From Lama glama (Eukaryota), in NCBI GenBank assembly GCA_028534125.1, contig CM052817.1, forward strand, positions 77,936,001 to 78,000,000: a stretch of 64,000 nucleotides of DNA, read 5' to 3'. Of this stretch, positions 26,333-38,700 are shown piece after piece. The translations under genes and the position numbers were made by a program. Positions within the stretch are counted from its first letter, which is position 1, and each line of letters starts with the position of its first letter. The notes below the pieces were generated by a model. That model saw only the letters and a list, made by a program, of their open reading frames with translations. It did no database searches and was not told the DNA's origin.

Positions 26333-26672
26333 ATTATTTTTAATTGAGATATAATAGGGATATAACATTATATTAGTTTCAGGTGTACAACTTGATGATT
26401 CAATATATCTGCTTATTGCAAAATGATCACCACACCTTGTGATCCAGTTAACATCCATCACCATACATAGTTACACATTTTTTTCTTATGATAAGAACTT
26501 GTAAGATTTACTCTTCTAGCAACTTTCATATATACAATACAGTATTGACTATAGTCATCATGCTCTACATTACATCCCCAAGACTTATTTATTTTATAAC
26601 TGGAAGTTTGTACCTTTTAACCACCTTCACCCATTTTGCCCACCTCCCACTCCCCACCTCTGGCAATCCACC
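26333..26672 (-). mobile_element. L1 3' end fragment (L1MA-like)
   Basis: ttttaattgagatataat...tagtttcaggtgtacaac...tttactcttctagcaactttca...ataactggaagtttgtacctttt...ctctggcaa. Confidence 0.9.
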
Positions 26673-27000
26673 TATCAGCCATGACAGTCCAAGTATCTTG
26701 AAGGAGGGCTCCGGAGTCCTTTTCGTGTTACGTTCTCAGAATACCCAGTGCATAGTTTGTTGAATGTTAAATGTACTTTAAAACTATATTTGTGACGGCA
26801 AATATTCCAAGACGACTTTTTATCATGTTTCCTGGTATGCCAAATTGAAACATACTGAAAGTATTTCAGGCTGAAAGTATTTTGGGGTACATTGAAAACA
26901 TTGATGTGTTTTTAGAAAGATTAGATTTTAAAGAACAAATCTTCACTTGATGAGACTTCTCACGTACAGGACAATTGTCACAATTCTTTAATTTTATTAG

Positions 27001-27019
27001 TGTCCAGCAGATGGCACCA
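27001..27019 (+). promoter_or_regulatory. Predicted CTCF binding site
   Basis: TGTCCAGCAGATGGCACCA contains the CTCF core CCASYAGRKGGCR with no mismatch and lies in apparently non-repetitive sequence. Confidence 0.7.
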
Positions 27020-28259
27020 GTGCCTCAAATAAACCCCCTGTTTGCGCATAAACTTTGTAAGATCGTGCCCACATTTAAAGCTAAGCAGATGTCATAAAAA
27101 TCTGAGGGTATTACACAATTAGTCAGCTTTATACAGTTTAATGCAAAATGAAATAGTTTGAGAAGCATTTATCTTTTAAAAAATATCTTCAAATTTTCAA
27201 TTTGTAATTCATTGCAGTTACTCTAGGAGGATAAAGACTAGATAGAAAAAAGGAAACAAACACAAACTGGGGGTTTATTTCCTCAGAAAAGCCTCCTCTA
27301 ACGTCAGGATGTGTTCCAAGATGACTTTTCCCTGCAAAATTTATAAAAACAATTACAAAAGGGAATAAAGATCTTTCAATTTCTCCCTTTCCTAAGTTGT
27401 CCCTTATCTTTACTATATTTTAGTAACTCCTTACTTGTTTACAACTATGAAAGAGACATGCATTAAGTACTGCTGAAAATTAGAAAGGGAAAGCAAGGGA
27501 CAACCAATGCTTCCAAAATTTGACTTGAGAAAATGAATTTGTTCAAAGTTTTCTTGGCATTGAAAACTTTGATTCATAATCATAACATCCTCCTTCCTGA
27601 ATATTGTTATGTTCCTTTTCCCAACGGAGTGACTGACAGTTTTTCTCTTCTTTTAAAGTCTAAAATGAACAAATGTTTACTCACAATTTCTTAAAATGTC
27701 ATTTGTTTTTCTTTGATTTTTTAAGATCCCCTTACTGCCTTTCTTTTTTATTATGGGAAACTAGACTATCTTAGATGTTAACTACTTACAGCTTTTAACT
27801 ATTATTAGAGTCACTGTTTCCTTTACTTGAGACTTTATCCTTTATCCAAACTTAATGGTTTTTATTAGCTGATTAAAATTGACAACTTACATAAAATAAA
27901 ATGAAATAGGGTTTCCTAATATATTATAAGAGGTATGATAGTATATTATATTAACATATTATAATAACTATTCTTACTTTATCCATTTTGATGAAATTAA
28001 TGATTTGGGGAAGTACATAAACATTATTTATTTGTCCTTAAATAGATCTTTAGTGCTGCACTCTATTTAAGAGATTTAAGAAATACTCTGGGAAGCTATT
28101 TGTGTAGAGAGATTTAATGCCTCTGTCATGCTCTCGACAAAATAATTATTAAGATTTAACATCTAAAATATAATGAGTGGAAATGATGGGATTTTGTTAA
28201 TTTTTAAATTGTGTAATTTAATAATGGTGTTCAGACAAAGGAATACTCCACTCTTACCA

Positions 28260-28640
28260 GTGTAGCCTGTCATGACTTCCTCACGTTTCTGACAGAGCGC
28301 ACATTCTTTCTCCTCACCACTTGGACTCGGGGACTCATCCCTTACCACGCCCACAGCTGGGGTCATCATCTTGAGTAAATAAAGAAGTGAGGGAAGGAAA
28401 ATCAAGAATGAGAATCTTAGCAGAGGACTAGGAACCACGTGATCTGGTACTGAAAATTAAATCAAAGTGGACTGAGTCTACGCAGTCATCAAAGTGCGAT
28501 GTACAGTTACAGGCTCCACCTTTGCCCGTTATCTTCTAGTCCTCCGATGGAGAAGAATTTGCTGTCAGCAGGTGCTTTAACACAGCATGGTCTCTGTTTT
28601 GATACTGTGTGCTCTGTCGCACTCATCCTTACAGACGTAG
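28260..28640. promoter_or_regulatory. Candidate enhancer-like element
   Basis: About 11 CpGs in ~380 bp in a CpG-poor window, plus ETS, KLF/SP, E-box, two TCF/LEF and MARE-like motifs. Confidence 0.4.
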
Positions 28641-30102
28641 GTGCTTTATATTTGCCTTTGGAATCTTGGGGATTTTTAAACTCATTCTTTTCAGCTTTGA
28701 TTTGTCATGAAAACAGACACATAATCATGGGTCCAGTGCCTTAAAAAATCAGGATGAAGCTCATAGAAAAAGCACTTTCCCGCATTCTACCTTACACTCT
28801 CCTGTGTGTGTTCAGTGGTACAGTGTGAAATGGGGAAGAGTTCAGTTGTCTGTTATATGCAAGCAGTTATCTAGGGGTAGAGCAGCTACAGAAAGAAGAG
28901 GGATGGATGATTGGAAGGAGCTGGAAAAAGCATTGGGAAATGTGGGTAGAGCTGATAGAAATTTTGTGGGCTAAATAGAATTCTGGTGGTTGGAATGTTT
29001 TTTCAAACTATTTCAAAAGTTGATCTACATTGTTTCCCAGAGTATATTCTACCGCCATTCCAGCTCCTCCTTATGTGTTTTCACAATGAGTTTTCTTCCT
29101 TTCTCTATTTGATCTGTTAAGAAGCAATGATGAGGATTTCATAATTTTACTAACAGTGTTTAGTTACATGAACTAAAGTTGTTTTTACATTGCTCTTTTT
29201 TTAAAGAGTTATTTCAATACAAAGAACTGGCCTTCAAATAATAATTTAAAAATTTTACCATCTGGGGTATGCTATATTTGCACGAAAAATCTTGGGTCAT
29301 AAGTAAAAATTGGATCCATGTAAAAAATATCTCTGCTTAGAGGCACATCCCATCAAATGGGGCTGTTTTATAGTCTACCTTGTATTTCACTGCTTGCGAG
29401 CTCTGTGAGCAAACAGAATTTGTTCACAGGGTGAAACACATATTTATGGTCCTGAATAAACTGCTCAGATTCAAAAACTATTTGTGTGACAGTGCTGGAC
29501 ACAGGAATGCTGGAGCCAAATGGGATGTTTGTAGCCTACATTTACATATCAATGCTGAGACTCCCCTTTAGGAATACTGCTGCTTCGTGACAATGCTCTT
29601 GTCTGAGGTCTGGGGCAAAGAAAACCCATAAAAGTTTGGACTCACTTTTCAATGCCCTGATTCTTTTCTTGTGCTTTGGAAAACTGTGAAACAGGGTCAC
29701 CAAGTTCCATTCTCCATAGTTTTATTATGTTTTCAATGAAGCGATTGAACCTGCACAGAACCCAGACAGACAGACATCATGAGGCCACTTTGTGGAAAGG
29801 CAGCCTCTTTAGAACGTGGACGCTGAAACTCGTCTTGTGAGTTTCATGGGTTGGGGGCCGATGCACTGTTTAAAGAACCAAAGGGAACCAAACCCTTAAG
29901 TAAAATACTTAGGACTCTTTTGCCTGCAGAAAAAAGTGTAAAATAAAAGGTTCTTGGAAACCAGGCCATGGATGCTGAGGGGATTTTATAAGGTGATGTC
30001 ATTTTCTACCTAGCTGGCAACCTGATGACCGACCATCTTACCTTTGAAATGGAATCACATGGAGCCTGTTTATAGTTTCACTGAAGTTTTATTTGGAGAA
30101 GG

Positions 30103-30149
<47 letters not shown>

Positions 30150-30152
30150 TTT
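30103..30152. repeat. (TTTA)n microsatellite
   Basis: Read directly. Confidence 0.95.
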
Positions 30153-31104
30153 GTCTGATAACGCTTTTGTCTCCCTAATGGGAATTTTAGTAAGTTTTAC
30201 CTTATATTTCAGAATGTAGTTGATCCGGCTAATTGCAGACTCTAAAGAAACAAAGATAAAAAGAAAGATATATTTTCATATTACTGCCATATTTGTAGTG
30301 CATGTTTGAAAACATTCGAGAGGCTGCTATGACTGCAGATGCCAGGTTCAGCAGTATTTCTTCTTCACAGTTTGACTTGCTATAAAATTTTCCACACAGC
30401 TACACTGGACTGGGTTCTCAGACATTCTTTTTCAAACCTGCTCCACTTTACCACATGTACTGTTTTGCCTTTTGATTTTGTCATTCATTTGCTATTTCTG
30501 TGTAGTCCAGACATATTTCTCCTGAATATTCTTTTATAACTATCTCAAGAATGACTTGCACCCTATAAAATCGTCTTCAATATAGAAAGCATCGTGTTAA
30601 CAATTTTTCAGTTGCTTTGTCCAGAGCTCTCAACAACTTCCCGATTGACCTCCTGTTACTGTCTTACGACTTCCCCACTTCAAAGGAAGAAAACCAAAAA
30701 CTTCTTTGATAAAAGAAGCTGTTCTGATTTCTAGCTACATCTTTATCTGGTATCAAAGAAAAGTCAGTGCCCTTACAATGGCTTCCCTGTCCTTGATTTT
30801 TACATAAAATTTGCTGTTGTAGACCTTTTTCTGTTTTCTTATTTTCTTTTCTGGAATCATCCCTCCCCTCTACCTCTTCTCAAATCGTACAGGCAACCCT
30901 ATTCCTTTCTATCTAAGCTCTGTTTCTCCATATTTTCAACTACCTTTAGGTCTTCACCTACTACAACTATGTAGATAACTCCAAAAATGATCTTTTTTGA
31001 CCCATATTCTGTTTCAATAGCTAGGCTGTTCATTTGATATTTCCATCGGTGGTTATATGTATTGCAAACTTGGTAAGTCTAAAACTAAATACTGTAGTTA
31101 TTTT

Positions 31105-31615
31105 CCTGTGGTGGTTTTATTTTCCTATGTCCCCCAATTTTTTGACACTCTTCTCTTCAAAAGAATGCATGCTGAGTTTAATAATCACTTCTAATGAATA
31201 GAGTGTGGCAGAGAGATGTGTGAGTTCTGAGGCTGGGTCGTAAAGGGTTTTGTGGCTTCTGCCTTGCTTCCTCTTAGGTCACTCACTGTGGGAGAAACCA
31301 GCCACCTTATTGTGAGGCCAGTCTTCCCAGCCCACATAGAGGGGAGCGGAGGCTCCCAGTCACAGCTCCAGCAATGTGCCAGCCATGCGTGTGAGCTGGC
31401 TTGCAAGTGGCTCTTCTAGCTTCATGCAGGTCTTCAGATGGCAGCTCCGGCTGACGTCTCTCCAGCTAACTGCAACCACATGAGAGACCTTGGGCCAGAA
31501 CCACCCAACTAAACTGTTCCTGAATTCCCAGTTCACAGACTACCCTCAGTTATAATTACTGTTATTTTATGTCACAGAGCTGGGAGTAATTGATTAGGCA
31601 ACAATAGATAGCTAT
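31105..31615 (+). mobile_element. MaLR LTR (MLT1F-like)
   Basis: tttgacactcttctcttcaa...cttctaatgaatagagtgtggcag...ccagaaccacccaactaaactgttcctgaattcc...gcaacaatagatagct. Confidence 0.85.
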
Positions 31616-31941
31616 TTTACCACTCTTCCAATGTTCGCTTATTTTTCCATATTGGAAGAAATGTTAAATCTCATGGCTACTTATTTTGAAGTGATTTTGC
31701 TGTCTGTCCCTTCTTTGGAATATAAGTATCATGTTACCCCTAATTTAGCTCAGACTGTCACCTCCCAGATGGCTGCAATGGTTACCTTTTAACCAGCCTC
31801 TGGGATTCCCTTCTTTGAACTTCTGTGGCACACTTGCAGATTATTTTTCCCTGAAATACCTGGATGCCATCCATTTCCCCTGCTGAAAAAAACTATAGAG
31901 CCTTCCCATCTGTCTTCAAGATAAGCCCTTGTATTTGTTAG

Positions 31942-32415
31942 TGCAGTGTGTTAGCTTCACCGTTCACTTCTCAGCCTCCCCCTTGATTTTGCTTTGGTCT
32001 TATTTTGAGACTTGCATTGACCTCCTGGAAGGCAGAATGTACTTTCTTTTTTCTATCCCTTGATTTGGGGCTTGGTGATGTGGCCGACTTTGGCAGTAGA
32101 GTTGTTCCAGACACGACACAAAGAGAGGCATGAATTGCACTTCGGTTGTTGGGTTTGCCAAATTGTACTTCTGTCATTCCCCTGAGAGACACAGGACTCA
32201 GCAGTCTGCGGGTCCAAGGGAGATGAGAGAAGTGTGGAATGTGTATGTACCCAATACAATGCGGGGAGCCCACCTTAGCTGGACCGGTAGTTTGAAGCAG
32301 AGGTAGGGACCCTTGTCCAGTCCAGATCAGCTAATGGCCAGCCATTCCTGTGAGAATAAGTAATTGTTGTTTCAAACTACTGAGTTTTTGGAGTGGTTTA
32401 TTATGCAGTAACCTC
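31942..32415 (+). mobile_element. MaLR LTR (older MLT1G/H-like)
   Basis: ggggcttggtgatgtggccgactttggc...ccagatcagct...gtgagaataagtaattgttgtttcaaactactgagtttttggagtggtttattatgcag. Confidence 0.75.
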
Positions 32416-32614
32416 TTTTACCTTAACTCCATCATATCTCTTCAAATGTATTATTATTTTCTGTTTAACATTAGCTCCATTACTCCCTGTCTGTTCCCTG
32501 TTCACTACATACACTTGCCCATTCCTGCTGACACAACCCTTCCGTTTTCCCACATATCCTTTAAGGTCCTTTTAAAGATAACTAGTATTTGTTACTATTA
32601 ACTTAAGCTGCAAT

Positions 32615-32785
32615 ATTATCACTCTTGTGAAGCCCGATAGAAGCAATATTATTATTTTTATTTTACAGGTGAGAAAGCTGCAGCTTAAAAGCATTTTAAA
32701 ACTTGTCCAAATTCACATGGTAACTAAATTAAGACAGGTTTTGAACTCAAGGCTTTGTGATTAAAAAGCAGTTTACTCATAACTA
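32615..32785 (-). mobile_element. MIR SINE
   Basis: ttttacaggtgagaaagctg...aacttgtccaaattcacatgg...tttgaactcaagg. Confidence 0.75.
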
Positions 32786-33086
32786 AGATTTTATATTCCT
32801 ATTTCAGCCCCAATGCCTTCTGATAACTCCAATCCATAGATTATGCTTTTTTTTTGACTCAGGTGCACATAATATTCCTGGCACTAGTCATTTTTATAAT
32901 ATTGTTGAGTGGTGCTTTAACATTTTATAATTAACATCATACATTGTAATCTTTTATTCTATTTAGTCTTCATAATCTTTTCTTGAAAAGTACATGATCA
33001 TTATTTTCTCTATGAGGAAAGTGAGAATCAGGTTAAATAACATGGGCAGAGTCATTTAGCTATATATGGTGAAACTGAAAGGGGGC

Positions 33087-33484
33087 TGCCATGGGCTGAA
33101 CTGTGTCTCCCCGCCAAATTCAGATGTTGAAGTCCTAGTCCCCAGTGTTATGGTGTCTGAAAAATGGGGCCTTTCATGAGGTAATAAAGGGTAAATGAAG
33201 TCATAAGGGTGGGACCCTAATCTCTCATAACTGATGTTCGTAGAAGAAGAGTAAGAGACACCAGAATGCTTTCTCTTTCTCTGCCCACACAGAAGGAGGG
33301 CCATGTGTGGATGTAGTGAGAAGGGGCTGTCTACAAACCAGGAAAAGAGGTCTTACCAGAAACCAACCTGGATGCCACCTTAATCTTGGACTTCTAGCCC
33401 CCAGGACTGCAAGAAAATAAATTTCTATTCTTTAAGCCACCCTGTGGGTGACAGTTCATTTGGCAGCCCAAACAGACTAATACA
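33087..33484 (+). mobile_element. MaLR solo LTR (MLT1A/A0-like), inserted within an antisense MIR remnant (~32950-33520)
   Basis: Full LTR from tgccatgggctgaactgtgtc to gcagcccaaacagactaataca, with ataagggtgggaccctaatc and aataaatttcta. Confidence 0.92.
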
Positions 33485-35109
33485 AGATCTAAGTTTTTCA
33501 CTGCCAATGTCTCTGGGCTTAGCTTCTTACATCTATTCGTATTACGTTTATCATTAACTCTCTGAGGACAGAAACAATACCCTAGTATCCCCCACCATAC
33601 TTTATTTGGATAATAGTTCCTCCAATATTTCATAGGCTCACAACAGATTTAAAAGTGGAAGAGGTCTAAGATGACAACCTAGCCTCCCACTTAAAAGCAG
33701 AACGGCTCAGATCCAGAGGGGTCCACGGACCAGCAAAGATGGCTCTGCAGTTAGTGAAGAGCAAGGATTGGCGCTCAGGACCTGGCTCCAGCCTCTCAGA
33801 TATAGTGTTTCCATCACTTCACTGGGGGACATGGAAGTTGAATACATCACCCTCACTGCTGCTACTGTATCTTATTTTTAATAATGTTGTATGATGGAAC
33901 CCAAACTCCACAGAAAGTGAACAAATGAAACTAAATTCTAATTAGAGGAAGAAAAATAGGTATCACATGATATGCCAAAAGGGAAATAGAAATCCAGGAT
34001 TCTCAAGGAATGTGACAAAGCAAACGTGTTAACAGACATATTGTTTTATTTCTTATTGATTTAGTGAAAAAAATTTAGATATTATATTTGTGTGTGTGAG
34101 TAAAAAAAGTATGAACATATTTATGTGATTAGTCTGATTATACATGATGTGCTTGTCTCTGCTTTCCAGAAAAGAAGCCCAAACTCAGGGGCCCAAGGAC
34201 ACGTCCAGGGCACAGCATCTGTCCTCCCCCTGTCAAATCAGGCCCTGCAGCTGGCCTGCTGCTCCGCGGTAGGTGCACAGTGTGTAAATGACTGGAATTG
34301 GAGCAGCAACCATCAACACTGTCCCTGTGAAAAGGATGACAGGATCTTCTGCTATTATCAAGAGCTATTTTAAATGCTAAATCAAAAGGATGCCAACTGG
34401 TGGCCTTGTTGCCAGTCTCAGTAGAGAAGGGAATGATTAAATTAACATGCAGCTTCAGACACATTCCCACTCGGTAGAGGGATCTGAAACTGATCATCAT
34501 GGTAACATGTGAAGACTTGCACAGCCGTGGTTGGTGGTGCTTTTGTTTAATGGATAAACAACACTCACAAGTTGATCGTGCAGTCTCTCATTTTTACTCA
34601 GTCATGCATCTAAATTATAGATCAATAAGTTAGATCACAACATGTCAAGCTCTTTTTTCCCCCTATTTCAAAGGTGAAGGTTGAATCATGTGGATATGAA
34701 ACCACATAAAACTCCATTGCAGGAAGGCAGCGTGGTGCAGTGGAGCAGGTGCTGGAAGGGGAAGCAGATTATAAGAAAGGGCTATTTATACACAAGAATT
34801 GAGAGGTGTGTAAGCTGTAGCAGTGAAATGGAGGTGGGATTAATGACTTCTTTTCAGTAAAATGGTGTGGAGGTAACTTCAGAGTCAGTGTCTGAGAAAG
34901 ATGACGTTTGAATTGAGTCTTAAAGAGCAAGGATGTAAGGAAAGGCTATATAGACAGAGATCAGCATGGAAAACTTTACAGAGACTTAAAAAAATCACCA
35001 TTCAAGGTCTATACTTTTGGAATTCTGCAGAGACTTTATTTATAATGTTATTGTAAAAATTCATCAAGCCAATTCAAAAATTAAAAATAAATTGGGTCAT
35101 CATTCTAGT

Positions 35110-35177
35110 ATTAGTCACAACAGCCAAGACATGGAAACAAGTGTCCATTGATGGATGAATGAATAAAGACGCGTGCG

Positions 35178-35212
<35 letters not shown>

Positions 35213-35720
35213 GAGTGTTATTCAGCCACAAAAATTTAGGAAATCTTGCCATATAAGACAACATGGATGGACCTTAAGGGCATTATGCTAAGTGAAGTAA
35301 GTCAGAGAAAGACAAATATACTATTTGATCTCGTGTATATGTGGAATCTAAAAACAACCAAACTCATAGAAACAGAGAGTAGCATGATGGTTGTCAGGAG
35401 CAGAGAGGTGATGGAAACATGTTGGTCGAAGGATACAAATTTTCAATTATAAGATGAAAAAGTTCTGGGGATCTAGTATACAACATGGTGACTATGGCTA
35501 ACCATACTGTACTGTATACTTGACATTTCCTATGAGAGTGGCACTTTAATATTCTCACTGTAACAACAACAACAAAATGACAGTTATGTAAGGGGAAGGA
35601 TGTACCTTATTGTGGTACACACACAATGTATACATGTATCAAATAATCACCTAGTACACCTTTAACTTACACAGTGTTATATATTAATTATATCTCAATA
35701 ACACTGGAAGAAAAATAATG
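35110..35720 (+). mobile_element. L1 3' end (L1MA-like; ORF2 C-terminus plus 3'UTR)
   Basis: The ORF track shows TTWMDLKGIMLSEVSQ (L1 ORF2 C-terminus), and the element ends at atatctcaataa plus an A-rich tail. Confidence 0.92.
35180..35209. repeat. (CA)15 microsatellite within L1
   Basis: Read directly. Confidence 0.97.
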
Positions 35721-38700
35721 AGAAGAATAAATTGAGGAGGCCAAAGGGAAGGAACAGGGAAGCTGAGAAGAGATAAAGTTCAGGGTGATTAATTCACTTA
35801 ATTATTTTTGTTTATTTTTGTTATTTAAGTTCTCTATTGAAATGTCCATTGGATTCTGATATTTTTCCTAAGATACATTTGAAACTATGAACATGATAGT
35901 TAAGTCTTAATAAAAAATGACCTATGCTAGGAGATACGGATATTTAAAAATTAGAGCAATATTTTTTGTCTTACAGCAGTTTCCAGCCTGATTGGGGAGA
36001 GAATATATGTGCACTTGAATACACAAACCACACAGGCTCACACATACGCAGATGAATTCACTGAATAGCAAGTAATCCTTAAAAATAACAAGTGTTTATT
36101 GAGGTTTGGAAGAGGCATAATCAGCAAAGGCATCTCGAAGGAGATGTGCATTGAAAGGTACGGTGCAGTTGTTTCAGTAAAAGGGAAAAGAGAGCAGGGG
36201 AGAGCCATGTATAAACTTACAGAGAGAGAGAACTGCAATGTGTAAAGTACTTTCGGTTTTTCAAAAAACCTGTTTTATAGGAGCAGTGGAAGCGTCAAGG
36301 CCACATTCTAAGCAGTGGTCTTTAAGTTCTTCACTGGTAATTATCTCATAAATAGTGAGAATTATGATTACTTTTTGAATAGGTGAGCCCATGAACTCAT
36401 CAATGGTTAGGCTCTTTTTAAAATTAACTCTTAAGTGTACCTAGATGTGCATAGCATAAGGAACACTCTTTTAAGTGAAACTTTTAAGAATCCATTCACT
36501 GTTGATTCCAGAAAAATTGTTATGTATTTAAATGTTACTGGTTACTAATTTATATAGAATTACTAATATAATATGGCTTTTATACTTTTTAAGGCACAAA
36601 GTCAGTGATATCAGTGTCCACTATGTGTTCTGCACTTATTCAAGGGTAAACTTCTTAGCATAATTTTTCGATGATGTGGTCAAAATGAAATAGACAGCAT
36701 ACAAGTAACATTATCAGAACTGCATAATCTTCCTTTAGTATTTACTTTCAAGTATTCAGTGATTTACTACTTAGTACCATCATTCAATATCCATCCCTGA
36801 GCCCCTTTTATAGTAATGAACTAACTAACTAATTCCTTCAAAACCTAGATTAAGTCAGGGACTTAGCTAGGTGCTGAGGATTCAGACGTGAATCAGGGCT
36901 TAAGCATAAGATGTAATGAATTCATGGAAGAATGAACGAGGGAATGAATGGCTGTTCTACCACATGGTTGGACCATGAAGTCACTGGGGGTGGGTAGTTG
37001 ACAGAGTTCGTCTGTTACTTCTCCTCACACCCAGAGAAACGAGACACCTTCCTGACCTCCACAGTTACCTATCTGCAGTCTGAAGGTACTGCTTCACCCT
37101 GTCATCTCAGCATGGCAAAATCATAGCCATTTCTCAGCAAGCTCTCCATTTGTGCCCACTCCAAGGATCTTGGCCACCAAACCTTTCTACCTCAAGGAGT
37201 ATCCTCTGTAGGAGACAGATGATAAAAACCACAGAAAAATTTAGCAGACTCCAAAGAATGGAGGGAGGAGTTTAAAGAAGATTTTCCCATTTCCCACTGA
37301 GAGTCTTAGGAGGCAGTTTAGTGGGTCTAAGCAGAGAGGACTGAGAGAGTCCCAGAGTCCTCTTCACATGTGGAGGCGAGTATGAGATGCCTACAGATGG
37401 GGGTGATATGGACAATGAATGTGGCACTGTTAAGAAAGACTATGGGGGAATTTTGACATCCCAGTGAGTGCCAGTGTGTTTTGATGACCAAAAACCATGA
37501 CACACTTTTTTTTATTATTTTCTTTTAATGTGTGACTGAATGCTTGAAAACATTATAACTAGTAGATAAATCAAGTATCTCCTCCGTCAGCCTTCTCTGT
37601 TAGAAAATTATCTCTATATCCTTTTTCATGTCTACAGCTTGTTTAAATCTTTCTCGTGGCACTTTTTTGGGGGGTGTGTACTAGAGTAACTGTGTCACTT
37701 CGTTTTTATGAGATTGCAGTCTTCTTGTCCAATTGTGTCACACTTTTTATATCCTCCTCCCTTGTAGGACCTAACACAATGTTTTCTACTTCTCACATAG
37801 TCAGTACTTGGTACATAATATGTTATGAAATTAACTGAATTGCATAGAAAAATACCATTTAGTTTATATTCTCGAGAAGAAACTTTTGTACACCACACTG
37901 GTAGGACAAGACATTATCACATTGCTCTTCTTTCTCATGTATTTTGAGTGGATTCTCACATGAATATTTAACCAAAGGAACAGGAATATTAGCAATATTC
38001 TGTTGGCTACAGAATGATAGTTTTGCAGAGGATTTAGCCTGAGTTTTGTAAAGTGGATAAGGCAGTCTTGTGGCTCCATGTGGGTATTCATTATGTCTTC
38101 AGAATGCGATTTTTCTTCTCCATCATTACAAATATAAGTCTTTAATGGTAGGGCACTATTTTATAGAATATGTAGACCTTCCATGAAGATTTAAATTTTC
38201 ACTCATAAAAAAATTTGTATGGAAAAACCCTGGCTATGATTCCTAAATAAACATTAAGAAAGTGAACAGAGAAACTTCAGAATGAAATCTGTAATTCTAA
38301 GAATTTTCTTCTTATCTTGATCCTAACTTCATTACAGTAGTATTTGTCTTTCCTTTGTGATTTTTTTATTTTATTTCATTTTCATAGAATTGACATTGTC
38401 TAATTTATTCATTCCTGTTATGAGACTTGAAAAGTCAGTGGACTGCTGATTTAAGCTTTCCTTATTTTGGTCACCAGCATCTCTGTGAGTCTGTATAAGG
38501 CTGTCCCACAAACCAGCTACCTCATACTGAAAAAGATGAGCTATTGATTCTTTCACGTATATTGTGAAATGTTAAAACAGTTTTGTTTGTAAAGGTGGTG
38601 ATAACTATGTGGATGTGGTTATGAAATAGGTATAGGTATTAGCCTGAGAAGACAGAAACTACCCACCCTATTAAAAATAATTTTGTGTCTCAAATTGTGA

